A DNA stretch of 64,000 nucleotides, taken from Candidatus Latescibacterota bacterium. Lineage in GTDB: Bacteria; Latescibacterota; UBA2968. Where the stretch lies: positions 4,896,001 through 4,960,000 of the forward strand of contig OZ242311.1 of NCBI GenBank assembly GCA_965207885.1, given 5' to 3'. Of this stretch, positions 37,994-47,799 are shown piece after piece. Position numbers and translations under genes: made by a program. The notes under the pieces are model-generated. The model searched no databases, was not told the DNA's origin, and saw nothing but the letters and a program-made list of their open reading frames with translations. How positions within the stretch are numbered: the stretch's first letter is position 1; the number at the start of each line of letters is the position of its first letter.

Positions 37994-38722
37994 TTATGAG
38001 GTGAAATATAGAACGTATAAAATCATGCGCACGGCGAGGAGGGTTATCAACCACCTCAAAAGTACGCGAAAATGGTGCTCGGGCACGCGCCCGCGAATCA
38101 GGGTTCCCAGATAAGATCCAAGAGATGCCGAAGCGATCATGCCAATGACCAATTTCCAATAGGGTGCAAAGGCAAATCCCAAAAACCCAAATGTCAAAAT
38201 TTTCATCGCATGGCTCGATGCCATCTGTACCGAATGCGTGATTACCATGCGATCTCGGGGCAGGTTTTCTCGCAAGAGAAATGGCATATTGAGCGGACCA
38301 CTTACACCGAAAAAAAGGGATAATGCCGTTTGAAAAGCACCCAGAAGTGTGAATTTTGCGGGTATATCGGGCGTGCGAGAAAATTTGGGCATCCACGTAA
38401 TGAGTAAAATAAAAATACCCAAAAAGAGGGGCATGGTATCCCATTCAATGTCGGCAATAAAACGAGAACCCAACACGGCGCCAATCACTGTTCCGATTGC
38501 GTATTGCCCCACAAGACGCCATTCGGTATGCTTGAGGCCAATGAGCGCGCGGCTCAAATTGCTGGCAATTTGCACCAGTCCGTGAACCGGGATAATCGCT
38601 GCTGAGGGGAGAAAACCCGGCATAATCGCAATGAGTACAACGCCGCCGCCAACGCCCCCCACAGCCGCGATCATTGATGTTATACACGCCGCCCCAATTA
38701 AAAACCAATCCGCTATTGCCAT
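37994..38722 (-). CDS. Sulfite exporter TauE/SafE family protein
   Basis: Hydrophobic; GVGGGV, IPVHG.VQ..SN.SR, GVSGP. Confidence 0.82.
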   Translation of the reverse strand: MAIADWFLIGAACITSMIAAVGGVGGGVVLIAIMPGFLPSAAIIPVHGLVQIASNLSRALIGLKHTEWRLVGQYAIGTVIGAVLGSRFIADIEWDTMPLFLGIFILLITWMPKFSRTPDIPAKFTLLGAFQTALSLFFGVSGPLNMPFLLRENLPRDRMVITHSVQMASSHAMKILTFGFLGFAFAPYWKLVIGMIASASLGSYLGTLIRGRVPEHHFRVLLRWLITLLAVRMILYVLYFTS

Positions 38723-38729
38723 GCACTTA

Positions 38730-40178
38730 TCACCAGGTCATATAATGCGTTACAGGTTCGCCCTGTTTGGCGGTAAAGCGATCATAACGCGGATGGATGA
38801 AATCTTCGGTTGCATCCATGTGGGCGTAAAAAGCCCGCGTCATCTCTTTCCTTTTTTGCGGCTGTGTATCGTATAAGTTGTCCAATTCAAAGGGATCGTC
38901 GATTAAATTGTACAACTCGCCGTAATTTTTTGCCGGGTAGTGAATATATTTCCATTCCCGCGTGCGGATGCAGCGTTTATCGACCGCTTCGGCAAAAATT
39001 ACGTCTCGTATTTCCGATTGTTCGCCATTCATCAGCGGTGATAAATCCGTGCCCTGCACGCATTCGGGCGCGTCAAAACCCGATAGCTGCGCGATTGTGG
39101 GAAATAGATCCACGGTTTCGATCAGGGCGTCGTAGTCGCCGCCTGCACGACCGGGTATAGCGATAAAACACGGTATATGTAACATGCAGTCGAGGAGAAA
39201 TGGCGCTTTGGCCGGGATACCGTGATCGCCTAAAAATTCACCGTGGTCCGATAGAAAGACCACGATGGTCTCATCTGCTATGCCTTTCTTTTCAAGTGTT
39301 TCAAGGATTAGACCCACTTGATGGTCAATTTGCGAGACCATGCCGTAATACGCCGCCTTCATCTTGCGAAATGTCTCGTCGGAAGCCTGGTCAAATCCGC
39401 GGTATTTGTGGTGTTCTGCTTTGAAATACAAACCGTATTCGGGCGGCTTTTTTGCAATGTCGTTTTCTGCACGTCGAAAGGGTGGCATCGCATCGGGATC
39501 GTACATATTTGCAAAGCGTCCAGAGGGAACATAAGGGTGATGAGGTCCGTAGAATCCCACCCATAAGAAAAAGGGATTGCCCGTATCCAGACCTTTGAGG
39601 TATTCAATGCTTTTCATTCCCACATAGGCATTGATGTGGCAATCTTCGGGGAGATCGGATGGCACGGCGCCGAGGTTTTTGCGAAAATTGGGCAGGGCGT
39701 ATCCCGTTTTATACTCGTATCCCCGGTCGCGAACATATTGCTCAAATGGATTGGGATCGGTGACTGTATAATTTCCATCTGCGCGCTCTTTCCATCCCCG
39801 CCGTATTCCCACGGCGTCCATGTGGTCGAGTATCTGTTGAAAACGCTGCTGCCCAATGCCGTGTTTGCCCACGCTGGCGGTTGTATAGCCCTGATTTTTG
39901 AATGCTTCTACCATTGTAATTTCATTTTCGTTGAGCTTTGACCCATTCCATTTTACGCCGTGATTTTTGGGATAACGCCCGGTCATGAATGTCGCACGCG
40001 ATGGTGAACACACGGGATTTTGCACAAAGCATTTTGAAAATCGCGTACTCTTTTCAGATAAGGCATCAATCGCAGGCGTTTGTATGACGCGATCCCCTGT
40101 GCATCCCAGCGTATCATACCGCAAATGGTCTGTTGTGATAAATACAATATTGGGTCGTTTAATCATCGCATACCTCAT
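38730..40178 (-). CDS. Cys-type sulfatase
   Basis: PNIVFITTD, CSPSR, GKH, GPHHPY, SDHGE. ATGA overlap with the upstream gene; alternative start at 40166. Confidence 0.9.
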   Translation of the reverse strand: MRYAMIKRPNIVFITTDHLRYDTLGCTGDRVIQTPAIDALSEKSTRFSKCFVQNPVCSPSRATFMTGRYPKNHGVKWNGSKLNENEITMVEAFKNQGYTTASVGKHGIGQQRFQQILDHMDAVGIRRGWKERADGNYTVTDPNPFEQYVRDRGYEYKTGYALPNFRKNLGAVPSDLPEDCHINAYVGMKSIEYLKGLDTGNPFFLWVGFYGPHHPYVPSGRFANMYDPDAMPPFRRAENDIAKKPPEYGLYFKAEHHKYRGFDQASDETFRKMKAAYYGMVSQIDHQVGLILETLEKKGIADETIVVFLSDHGEFLGDHGIPAKAPFLLDCMLHIPCFIAIPGRAGGDYDALIETVDLFPTIAQLSGFDAPECVQGTDLSPLMNGEQSEIRDVIFAEAVDKRCIRTREWKYIHYPAKNYGELYNLIDDPFELDNLYDTQPQKRKEMTRAFYAHMDATEDFIHPRYDRFTAKQGEPVTHYMTW

Positions 40179-40915
40179 AGCAAATCATTGCTTAAAATTG
40201 TTGGGCACCAGAATTTTTCAATAAACGAGATTACCAATTGCGTGCCCGCTTCATGGCTCACATAAGGCGGCTTTGCGGGGTTGTACATCGCGTCGGTCAA
40301 ATCTCGAATTAGCGCGACCTGAATACCCCAGCGCGTCATTTGTTTGATTGCAAATGTGCGATGCAATACGCACATGTTGGTATGCACACCCATGATGAGC
40401 ATTTTGTCGATTTCCCGGTGCTGCATATAGCTGTAAATTTCTTGTCCCTGATCGGAAATAATATCCCGTTCCTGGTCAATATCTATCCCCGCGTGTTGTC
40501 GCGTCCAGACCTGCGTGTTAATTTTTTTGGGGTCTTCACCCGTGTCTGACCCACCATCTGAATCGTCAATTGGCAGTGGGGGATCAGCGAGATCCAAATT
40601 TTCAGGCGGTTCAACGGGTGGGACATCCAATACCCGTCTCCGCGCAGGCGTATTGGCATAAACATCGAGCGTGCCCGAGGGTGCGTGAATAATGGTCACA
40701 CCTTGCTTGCGCGCACTTTGCACAACGGCGTTCATGCGGGGGATCATTGCCTCCAATCGCTCGACTGCACCGCGACACCAGTGGTTGTTCCACACATCGC
40801 ATAATAACAGGACTGTTTGCTCGGGAGGCCAATAGACGCGTTCTGTTATTGTTTCCCAAACTGTGTGTTCACTGTCGTCCCACAATAAGGTCTGATGCTG
40901 CACGGTTAGATTCAT
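40175..40915 (-). CDS. Isochorismatase/cysteine hydrolase family protein
   Basis: LLCDVWNNHWC, IIHAPS, GVHTNMC, RDLTD; GGAG before ATG 40915. Confidence 0.82.
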   Translation of the reverse strand: MNLTVQHQTLLWDDSEHTVWETITERVYWPPEQTVLLLCDVWNNHWCRGAVERLEAMIPRMNAVVQSARKQGVTIIHAPSGTLDVYANTPARRRVLDVPPVEPPENLDLADPPLPIDDSDGGSDTGEDPKKINTQVWTRQHAGIDIDQERDIISDQGQEIYSYMQHREIDKMLIMGVHTNMCVLHRTFAIKQMTRWGIQVALIRDLTDAMYNPAKPPYVSHEAGTQLVISFIEKFWCPTILSNDLL

Positions 40916-40935
40916 GGTGCTCTCCATATCAAAGA

Positions 40936-41757
40936 TCAGGTTTCCCACACCAACCGAGGCCCCTCGTCCATCCCGCATACCACCCCCAATTGTCTTTCGC
41001 GCTGATAGCCCAGACAATGAGAAATATACGTCACACCCTCGATTTCTCGACACCGATTGCGATGCTGATGGCCGTATATGTGAATCGATGAACCGAGTTT
41101 TCGCAATAGGCGATCTAAGGCTCTTGTGCCAGCCACCCGACTGAAATTGAAATTCGACGCGCTCGTCAATGGGCGCGGGCGGGGAGGGGAATGGGACCTG
41201 CCAAAGATCAACTCCCGTCTGGGCAAAAAGTGGCTAAAGGTAATGACTGGCCCATCGCCCTGAACAGGCGCGGTATTTTGGGCGAGCATATAGCGTGCAA
41301 TGGGTCGCTCACCCTCGGTCCAGCGAATCAGACGGTTGTCCGCCCACATGTGCAAGGCTGCGTCTTCTCCTTCCTGGGGCACGTACAAACTGTCGGTACT
41401 TTCTTCGGGTTTTTCATACCACGACAAAAGCGGTACAATTTGTACACCCGGCAATTGCGCCCACGAGGTTTCTATGTCCAACACGTTGCACAAAGCCATA
41501 AGCGCGTGGAATTTCTCCAACGAGTCACATCGCTCATTGGGCCTCACCCACAAATCGTGATTGCCCGGTACAAAAAAAACGCGTGCAAATTTTTGCTTCA
41601 GTTCGCACAGGGTATCGCGCATCGGGTCGGCGCGGTCAGTTACATCTCCGGCCACAATCACCACATCATCGGTAAAATCGCAATTGGAAAGCCGCTGCAC
41701 CCACCGATGGTTTTCCTTGTAATCGATGTGCAAATCAGAAATGGCAAAAACGCGCAT
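40936..41757 (-). CDS. Calcineurin-like metallophosphoesterase
   Basis: SDLH, AGD, GNHD, FSH, GHQH. Confidence 0.88.
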   Translation of the reverse strand: MRVFAISDLHIDYKENHRWVQRLSNCDFTDDVVIVAGDVTDRADPMRDTLCELKQKFARVFFVPGNHDLWVRPNERCDSLEKFHALMALCNVLDIETSWAQLPGVQIVPLLSWYEKPEESTDSLYVPQEGEDAALHMWADNRLIRWTEGERPIARYMLAQNTAPVQGDGPVITFSHFLPRRELIFGRSHSPPRPRPLTSASNFNFSRVAGTRALDRLLRKLGSSIHIYGHQHRNRCREIEGVTYISHCLGYQRERQLGVVCGMDEGPRLVWET

Positions 41758-41804
41758 GGGTTATCCAGTTGAAATAGCCATAAAAATCACAAAAGAAATC
41801 GCGC

Positions 41805-42599
41805 TCAATACCTCACATCGACCAGCCACGCGCTTTTGGGATTTTTTTCCCAGTATTGGCGCAATACCTGTTCGTTTGGACAAAATTCACCGCGATAGGC
41901 GACTCCACCATGAGAAATATTAAAGCTCATGGCGACTTCATCTTCGCCCGCATCAACCCAGTGGGGCGTTAATAACTGGTTCCACAGCAAATCCCCGGGT
42001 TGCATGTCATAGGTCAAGATATCTACCGGATCTATTTGGGGAATATCAATGCGCGTAACGCCCGTTTGATCTTCCACGAGTTTCTGAACAGGTTCGCGTT
42101 TTTCCGGTTCCAAAAACCCGTGAAAGTGTTTTTCCCCATAAACTTGCCACGCGAGTACATGCGAAGAATCTGCGTGATAGGTCGAACTGCACCCTTTTCC
42201 AGAGATAAATATAATGGGATAACATCTTTGCCACGTAAATCCGAGTTGAGAGAGGAATGTGCGCCAGGGAATCATCACACATTCTTGAAAGTGTTCGAGA
42301 AATTGTCCTGCGCCATAAAAATTTTGCAGATGAAAATGCGCCAGACTAATCGGCATTTCGACGGCTTTTTCTATGGGTGCAGCCTTAAACTTTTCGACCA
42401 GATTATTTTGCTCTGCATCGCTCAAGCTGTCATCTAAAAATTGAATGCGCGCCTCGGAATTGCGCCGCAAAATATCTATAATTTCTTCGGCGGAGATGAG
42501 TGGCATTTCAAATTTGAACAACGCAGAATGGATAAGAAAATTTCGTTCGCCATTCCAGAACTGGCGAAACTCGTCTCCTGTCCTGGCAATCAGGTGCAT
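41805..42599 (-). CDS. JmjC/cupin-like Fe(II)/2OG oxygenase
   Basis: YHAD (HxD), WQVYGEK, PGD, PHWV. Confidence 0.7.
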   Translation of the reverse strand: MHLIARTGDEFRQFWNGERNFLIHSALFKFEMPLISAEEIIDILRRNSEARIQFLDDSLSDAEQNNLVEKFKAAPIEKAVEMPISLAHFHLQNFYGAGQFLEHFQECVMIPWRTFLSQLGFTWQRCYPIIFISGKGCSSTYHADSSHVLAWQVYGEKHFHGFLEPEKREPVQKLVEDQTGVTRIDIPQIDPVDILTYDMQPGDLLWNQLLTPHWVDAGEDEVAMSFNISHGGVAYRGEFCPNEQVLRQYWEKNPKSAWLVDVRY

Positions 42600-42781
42600 T
42601 GTTTGCTCCAGTGGTTAGTGGTTAGTCGTTCGTCCACCCAGTCCTTTGTCCCTTACCTCTCTAACATACATCATCCCCCAAAGAGATTCAAGCGATCAAG
42701 ACAGGGCGGGATGAAGTTACTTGACAGTTAATTTTCTTGCATTCATTATGTACTATCAATTCCCACATATAGGAGGCTAAG

Positions 42782-44005
42782 ATGAAAATCACCGATATTG
42801 AAGTTATTCCCATTGCGATGCCTTTGGCAAAACGCTACGACAACCACCACGGGCGCACGCGTATGTACGATATCGATCAGCATGTGGTGGTCAAAATCCA
42901 TACGGATAACGGGCTGATTGGCTATGGCGATTACGAAGACCGCTCTGCGATTGCTTCTGAGGAAATCGAGCCGTTAATTGGGCGCAATCCCTTTGACTTT
43001 CTGCACAATAATTTCAATATGGCTCTTGGCATGGCGCTCTACGATGTCATGGGCAAGTACCTCGAAGTGCCTGCCTATAAGCTCCTGGGGCAAAAGGTGA
43101 GGGATGCGGTGCCTGCGGCGGCGTGGACACGGCCCTGTTCACCTGAAGTGTTTGCAGGAGAAATCCAGCGCGCTGCCGATCAGGGATATCGCATTTTCAA
43201 AATGCATTCCGACGCACGTTATGATGTTATTGAACAAACGCGCGCCGCTGCCGAGGTCGCACCAGAGGGCTTTAAGCTCCACTGGGATTTCAACCACAAC
43301 CGCACGATGGGTGTTGTGCTTCCCATTGTAGCCGAACTCGAACGCAATTATCCGGTGGTCGGTTTTATTGAAGACCCGCTGCCATGGGCCGATATTGATG
43401 GCTGGCGCACATTGAGACAAAAAACGCAACTGCCGCTTATTATGCACAATCCTCAACTCGGCGGCATGCAGGAGGTTTTACACGGCACTGCCGATATTTA
43501 TATGATTGGCGGTCGCATTGGCGATACTATGCGAAAGGGATTTGCTTACGGTCAGGCCAATATCCAGACGCTTCTTCAGCAATCGGGCAATACCCTGATG
43601 AAGGCTTTTACGCTGCATCAGGCGGCGGTCTTGCCCACGGCAACCGCGCATATTATCACTCTGGACGATCAATACGAAGACGATATTACCACGTCGCAAC
43701 TGCTACCGACAGAGGGTTTCTGTCGCGTGCCCGAGGGTGCGGGACTCGGTGTTGAGGTCGATGAGGAAAAACTCAAGCAGGCCGCCCAACGCGAACATAT
43801 TCCCAAACTCGACGTTATTGGCGTGCTCCACCTGCCTTATGGACGCAAGTATTATACCCGCGGGGAACCCAATGTTATAAATCTTACTGGTTTTGAAGAA
43901 GGCGCGTTGCGCGGTATCCATTGCGAACGCCTCGTCAGAGGCGAGTCTCCCGACTTTGAGCGCGTTCACAAACGGCTGGAAGAGGAGGGGCCATTTGTTG
44001 AGTAG
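42782..44005 (+). CDS. Mandelate racemase/muconate lactonizing (enolase superfamily) enzyme
   Basis: MKITDIE, MALYD..GK...VP.Y.LLG, FKMH, WDFN, IEDP, GAGLGVEVDE. Confidence 0.87.
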   Translation: MKITDIEVIPIAMPLAKRYDNHHGRTRMYDIDQHVVVKIHTDNGLIGYGDYEDRSAIASEEIEPLIGRNPFDFLHNNFNMALGMALYDVMGKYLEVPAYKLLGQKVRDAVPAAAWTRPCSPEVFAGEIQRAADQGYRIFKMHSDARYDVIEQTRAAAEVAPEGFKLHWDFNHNRTMGVVLPIVAELERNYPVVGFIEDPLPWADIDGWRTLRQKTQLPLIMHNPQLGGMQEVLHGTADIYMIGGRIGDTMRKGFAYGQANIQTLLQQSGNTLMKAFTLHQAAVLPTATAHIITLDDQYEDDITTSQLLPTEGFCRVPEGAGLGVEVDEEKLKQAAQREHIPKLDVIGVLHLPYGRKYYTRGEPNVINLTGFEEGALRGIHCERLVRGESPDFERVHKRLEEEGPFVE

Positions 44006-44011
44006 AAAAAT

Positions 44012-44045
44012 CAACAGGACATTTCTTTATAGAGATGTCCTGTTG
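44012..44045. terminator. 15-bp hairpin between convergent genes
   Basis: CAACAGGACATTTCT-TTAT-AGAGATGTCCTGTTG. Confidence 0.7.
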
Positions 44046-44069
44046 TGTTGCGGGCTGTATTATGCAATT

Positions 44070-45515
44070 TTAAAAGAATCGATCTGCATCGCGAGGTGGT
44101 GTGGTGGCGAAAGATACGAGGATGAGGATGAGCGCGGAAACAGGGACGATAATGCCGGCGGGGATTAAGCCGGTTCCACCAATGCTGTACGCGCCTTCTA
44201 CATTCAGGGAATCTGCATAAAAAAATAGCCATAGACCAATTACACTCAGGATTGCTGCAGTTGCGCCCTGCTTTGTGCTGCGCTTCCAGTACAGTGCGCC
44301 GACGAATACGGGTACCAGTCCCGCAAAACCCGTGAGTGACCAGGCACCGAGTTCAAAAATTGACCGCGTTGTAAATAGCGACGCGACAAAGGCCAATACG
44401 AGGAATGCAGCGACGAATAGACGCCCGAACAAGACCTGCTGTTTTTCTGACAATTGATCGTCAAAACCGTAAAATCGCACAATATCTTCGGTAAACATTG
44501 CGCCCAGGGCAAGGGTTTGGGAGTCGAGCGAAGACATAATTGCCGCAAAAACACCTGCCGCCAGGCATCCTGCCAGCACGCCGCCTGTATGTGCCAGAAT
44601 TAATTCAATCAGAATGGGGCCGTTCAGCGGCGCCGTAAAATCAATGCGACCGACCATTCCCAGGGTGACGCTGGGTACCCACACGGCGGCGATACACAGG
44701 GGATAGAATACAATGGGCGTTTGAAATGACCGCGCGGTTCGCGCAGAGAGCCAATGGCCGTAAATATGGGGAAATGCCGCAACACTGATGGGTAGCATGA
44801 GATAGGAGAGTATTTTGAATACGGTATAAGAGCCGCTGCCAAAAATCACAAATTCGGGGTGCGTCTCGCGCAGCGTTGCCATAGCCTTACCGATCCCGCC
44901 GTAGTGGTCCATAATGACGAGATAGGCAATGATGCCTACGAGAATAAATACCGTTGTTTGAAAGGTATTTGCCCAGGCTGTACTTCGCATCCCGCCATAG
45001 GTTACGTACAGAAATGTCACCCCACATACGAGCAAGCTACCTGCCCAACTCGGCCACTCACCGCGCGTGATTGCCGCGAGCGCATCGCCCCCGCCTTTGA
45101 CCCCTATCAGGATGTAGGGCAGCATCAACAACACTGCGACGACAAATAAGAGCGTTCCCAGTGCTGGGGATGTATAGCGGTCCCTGATCATTTGGATTTG
45201 GGTGACATAAGAAAACCGTTTGCCCAACCACCAGCTTTTTGTGCCGAGATAATAAAAGAGAAATGGAATCAGAATAGACGAACTCGCGCCCATCAAACCG
45301 AAGACGATAATCCCCAGGCGATAGGCTTCTCCGGATGCTCCCAGCATTGTAAATGCCGTTAGATTGGTGCCCAGCAGTGTCATCAGCAGGACTACAGGGC
45401 CAATGGTTCGGCTTGCGACAAAGTAATCTTCTGCGGTATTGCGAAACAGCCGATGTCCCAGGGTGCCGACCACTATAACCAGCCCCAGATAAATTGCGAC
45501 AACCGCAATAATCAT
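44070..45515 (-). CDS. Sodium:solute symporter family transporter
   Basis: DYFVASR, GASGEAY, YVTYGGMR, AAIMSSLDSQ, LYWKRST. ATGA overlap with the upstream small gene. Confidence 0.9.
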   Translation of the reverse strand: MIIAVVAIYLGLVIVVGTLGHRLFRNTAEDYFVASRTIGPVVLLMTLLGTNLTAFTMLGASGEAYRLGIIVFGLMGASSSILIPFLFYYLGTKSWWLGKRFSYVTQIQMIRDRYTSPALGTLLFVVAVLLMLPYILIGVKGGGDALAAITRGEWPSWAGSLLVCGVTFLYVTYGGMRSTAWANTFQTTVFILVGIIAYLVIMDHYGGIGKAMATLRETHPEFVIFGSGSYTVFKILSYLMLPISVAAFPHIYGHWLSARTARSFQTPIVFYPLCIAAVWVPSVTLGMVGRIDFTAPLNGPILIELILAHTGGVLAGCLAAGVFAAIMSSLDSQTLALGAMFTEDIVRFYGFDDQLSEKQQVLFGRLFVAAFLVLAFVASLFTTRSIFELGAWSLTGFAGLVPVFVGALYWKRSTKQGATAAILSVIGLWLFFYADSLNVEGAYSIGGTGLIPAGIIVPVSALILILVSFATTPPRDADRFF

Positions 45516-45727
45516 TCCCGATTCTCCATATCTAAATGATGGGGCCAGGCCAGGCGTACAATCACGAGCATACAGAGTGTGGTCAGGACGCACAGGCCGA
45601 TGTGGTAAAGCAAATTGATTGGCAATCCCAGGATTAGTGTGTCGTTATCCCACATCCAGATATTAAAAAATAGAATCAGCAAGACGAGCAAAACACTCAG
45701 GGGCCAGATTTTTGTTTGTCGTGACAT
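45512..45727 (-). CDS. Two-TM small protein (DUF3311-like), SSS partner
   Basis: WMWD..LILGLP..LLYH; translationally coupled to the SSS gene. Confidence 0.8.
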   Translation of the reverse strand: MSRQTKIWPLSVLLVLLILFFNIWMWDNDTLILGLPINLLYHIGLCVLTTLCMLVIVRLAWPHHLDMENRE

Positions 45728-45755
45728 AATGTTATCCTTTTTGTTTTGCTCGATA

Positions 45756-46727
45756 TTACGGTCTCTGCGCGCCCTTTGTTTCGACGTACACTGAGTACAA
45801 ACACATCCCGCCGGTCATGAAGAGGCGGTTTCTCTTTTGTCCGCCAAAGCAGAGGTTGGAACACACTTCGGGCAGGTGAATTTTGCCAATGAGGTCGCCA
45901 TTGGGCGCGAAAATTTTGACGCCGTTATCTTCGGGATTGCCCCAGCCCGAGCTGCTCCACAGGTTGCCGTCAATGTCGCAGCGAATGCCATCGGCGAATC
46001 CGGGCGCCATGTCGGCAAAGATGCGACTGTTTTTGAGGCGGCCATTTTCGACATCAAAAGCGCGAATATGCGCGGGACCTCCCAGGCCATGAGAGGAGCC
46101 GGTATCGGTGATATAGAGAATTTTTTCATCGGGAGAGAAGCACAGTCCATTGGGGCGCACAAAATCATCGGCAACAACTGTGGCATTTCCCGTGGTGGGA
46201 TCGAGGCGATAGACGTTGGTGGGCAGTTCATAGTCGGCAATGTGACCTTCGTAGTCGAGCATGATGCCGTATCCTGGATCAGTGAACCATATACTGCCAT
46301 CGGAATGCGCGGTGACGTCATTAGGGGCGTTGAGAGGCTTGCCCTCAAAGCTGTCGATGAGCACGGTGATGGTTCCGTCGTATTCGGTGCGGGTGACGCG
46401 GCGCGTGCCGTGTTCACAGGTAATCAGACGGCCTGCTCGGTCTCGGGTGTGTCCATTGCAATAATTGGAAGGTTGGCGATAGACGCTGAGGCTGCCATCG
46501 CTTTCGTCCCAGCGCATAATGCGATTATTGGGTATGTCGCTGAAGAGCACACAACGCGCGTCTCCAAACCACACCGGGCCTTCGCCCCAGCGCAGGCCAG
46601 TACAGAGACGCTCGACCGCGGCGTTGCCAATGGCGTATTTTTCAAAGCGCGCGTCCAGAATTTCAATGGCGGGATCGGGATAGGGAACAGGACTGCCGTC
46701 CCACGGACGGGTTTTCCAATCGGACAT
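45756..46727 (-). CDS. SMP-30/gluconolactonase family protein
   Basis: WGEGPVW, FSDIPN, NAPND, FTDP.YG, PNGLCFSPDE, DGIRCD. Confidence 0.92.
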   Translation of the reverse strand: MSDWKTRPWDGSPVPYPDPAIEILDARFEKYAIGNAAVERLCTGLRWGEGPVWFGDARCVLFSDIPNNRIMRWDESDGSLSVYRQPSNYCNGHTRDRAGRLITCEHGTRRVTRTEYDGTITVLIDSFEGKPLNAPNDVTAHSDGSIWFTDPGYGIMLDYEGHIADYELPTNVYRLDPTTGNATVVADDFVRPNGLCFSPDEKILYITDTGSSHGLGGPAHIRAFDVENGRLKNSRIFADMAPGFADGIRCDIDGNLWSSSGWGNPEDNGVKIFAPNGDLIGKIHLPEVCSNLCFGGQKRNRLFMTGGMCLYSVYVETKGAQRP

Positions 46728-46826
46728 TTTTTCTCCTTAGAGGTGTTTGATGCCTGCGCGTACAAGGGGCGTATGGCGAAAGGGCTACGCTGCGATTGGG
46801 TAGAAGAGGAGATGGAAGGAGGGGAT

Positions 46827-47573
46827 CTAATCCAACGAAAATTCTATTGGCATGATCATCCAGACTTTGCGGCGTTCGCCCTGGTGTTTCCCAGGGCGAA
46901 ATCGAAATTGCCACGCTGCGTCTAATGCCGCTTTCCTGAACATTTCTGGGCCGTGAATAAACTGGACGTCTTCTACATTGCCTACCTTGTCAACCAGCAC
47001 TTTGACCGTGACTTTGCCTTCAATGCGTTTTTTTCGCGCTTCGGCGGGGTATTCAGGCGTGACAATTCGGCTTGGATGTGGTTTGTAGTCGATCTCCATA
47101 TAGTCGAGCGGTTCGTCTAAGTCTGTTCCCGTTGTGCTTGCTAAATTGGGTATAAATATTTTGTCGAGGTCCAACTCGGTTGATTCAATCGTCACATCCT
47201 CAGGGACCTCGTCGCCTTCAACTGCCAGGGGCACTTGAGGGCGCGGTGGCGGTGGCGGGCGCTTTTGTTGGCTCGTTTCGGGAATATCAACTCTGAGAAT
47301 TTTAGGGACGGATTGCGTCAGGTGTACGGTGGGATGGTATTCGGGATAGAGTCCAAAAACGGCGATGAAGAGTATGAGATTCAACAAGCTCGCGCGCATC
47401 ATGTTCGGCCAATAGGGCAACTTTAAGTCAGCATCGGGTTTTTTTGTGCGCGTCTCTATCTGAACATCGCAGGGCTGGGCAGATAGTCTTTTTTGAAATT
47501 CGCGCTGCGTCTGGCGCGCCTGATAAATTTGACCGCTTAACGTATTCCCAAATCTGATCTGGACGAGGTTCAT
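46827..47573 (-). CDS. tonB: Energy transducer TonB family protein
   Basis: Single TM, PPPPPRP linker, C-terminal YPAEARKKRIEGKV...FRPG domain; start uncertain. Confidence 0.85.
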   Translation of the reverse strand: MNLVQIRFGNTLSGQIYQARQTQREFQKRLSAQPCDVQIETRTKKPDADLKLPYWPNMMRASLLNLILFIAVFGLYPEYHPTVHLTQSVPKILRVDIPETSQQKRPPPPPRPQVPLAVEGDEVPEDVTIESTELDLDKIFIPNLASTTGTDLDEPLDYMEIDYKPHPSRIVTPEYPAEARKKRIEGKVTVKVLVDKVGNVEDVQFIHGPEMFRKAALDAAWQFRFRPGKHQGERRKVWMIMPIEFSLD

Positions 47574-47799
47574 GCGATTCCCATTTAATGAACTGTGCTG
47601 TATGCAGGCGTACTTTAGATTTTTAACTTAAGAGAAAGTTCCAATTCCACTGATGTAGATGGGGGACATGGAGCAACAATTTATATGAGTCTGTGGCGTT
47701 TGTCCAGACGAATCCGTATCAAACCAGTTGTATTTTGAAGCTATGGATTGTAATATAAAGGGGATATTTGGGTTATGACAAAAATCATTGGAGGAAGAG

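Noticed and set aside
42610-42626. AGTGGTT-AGTGGTT-AGT heptamer repeat (similar GGTCAGT-GGTCAGA near 7880)
   Set aside because: Just over two units; too short to distinguish from chance without a genome-wide count.
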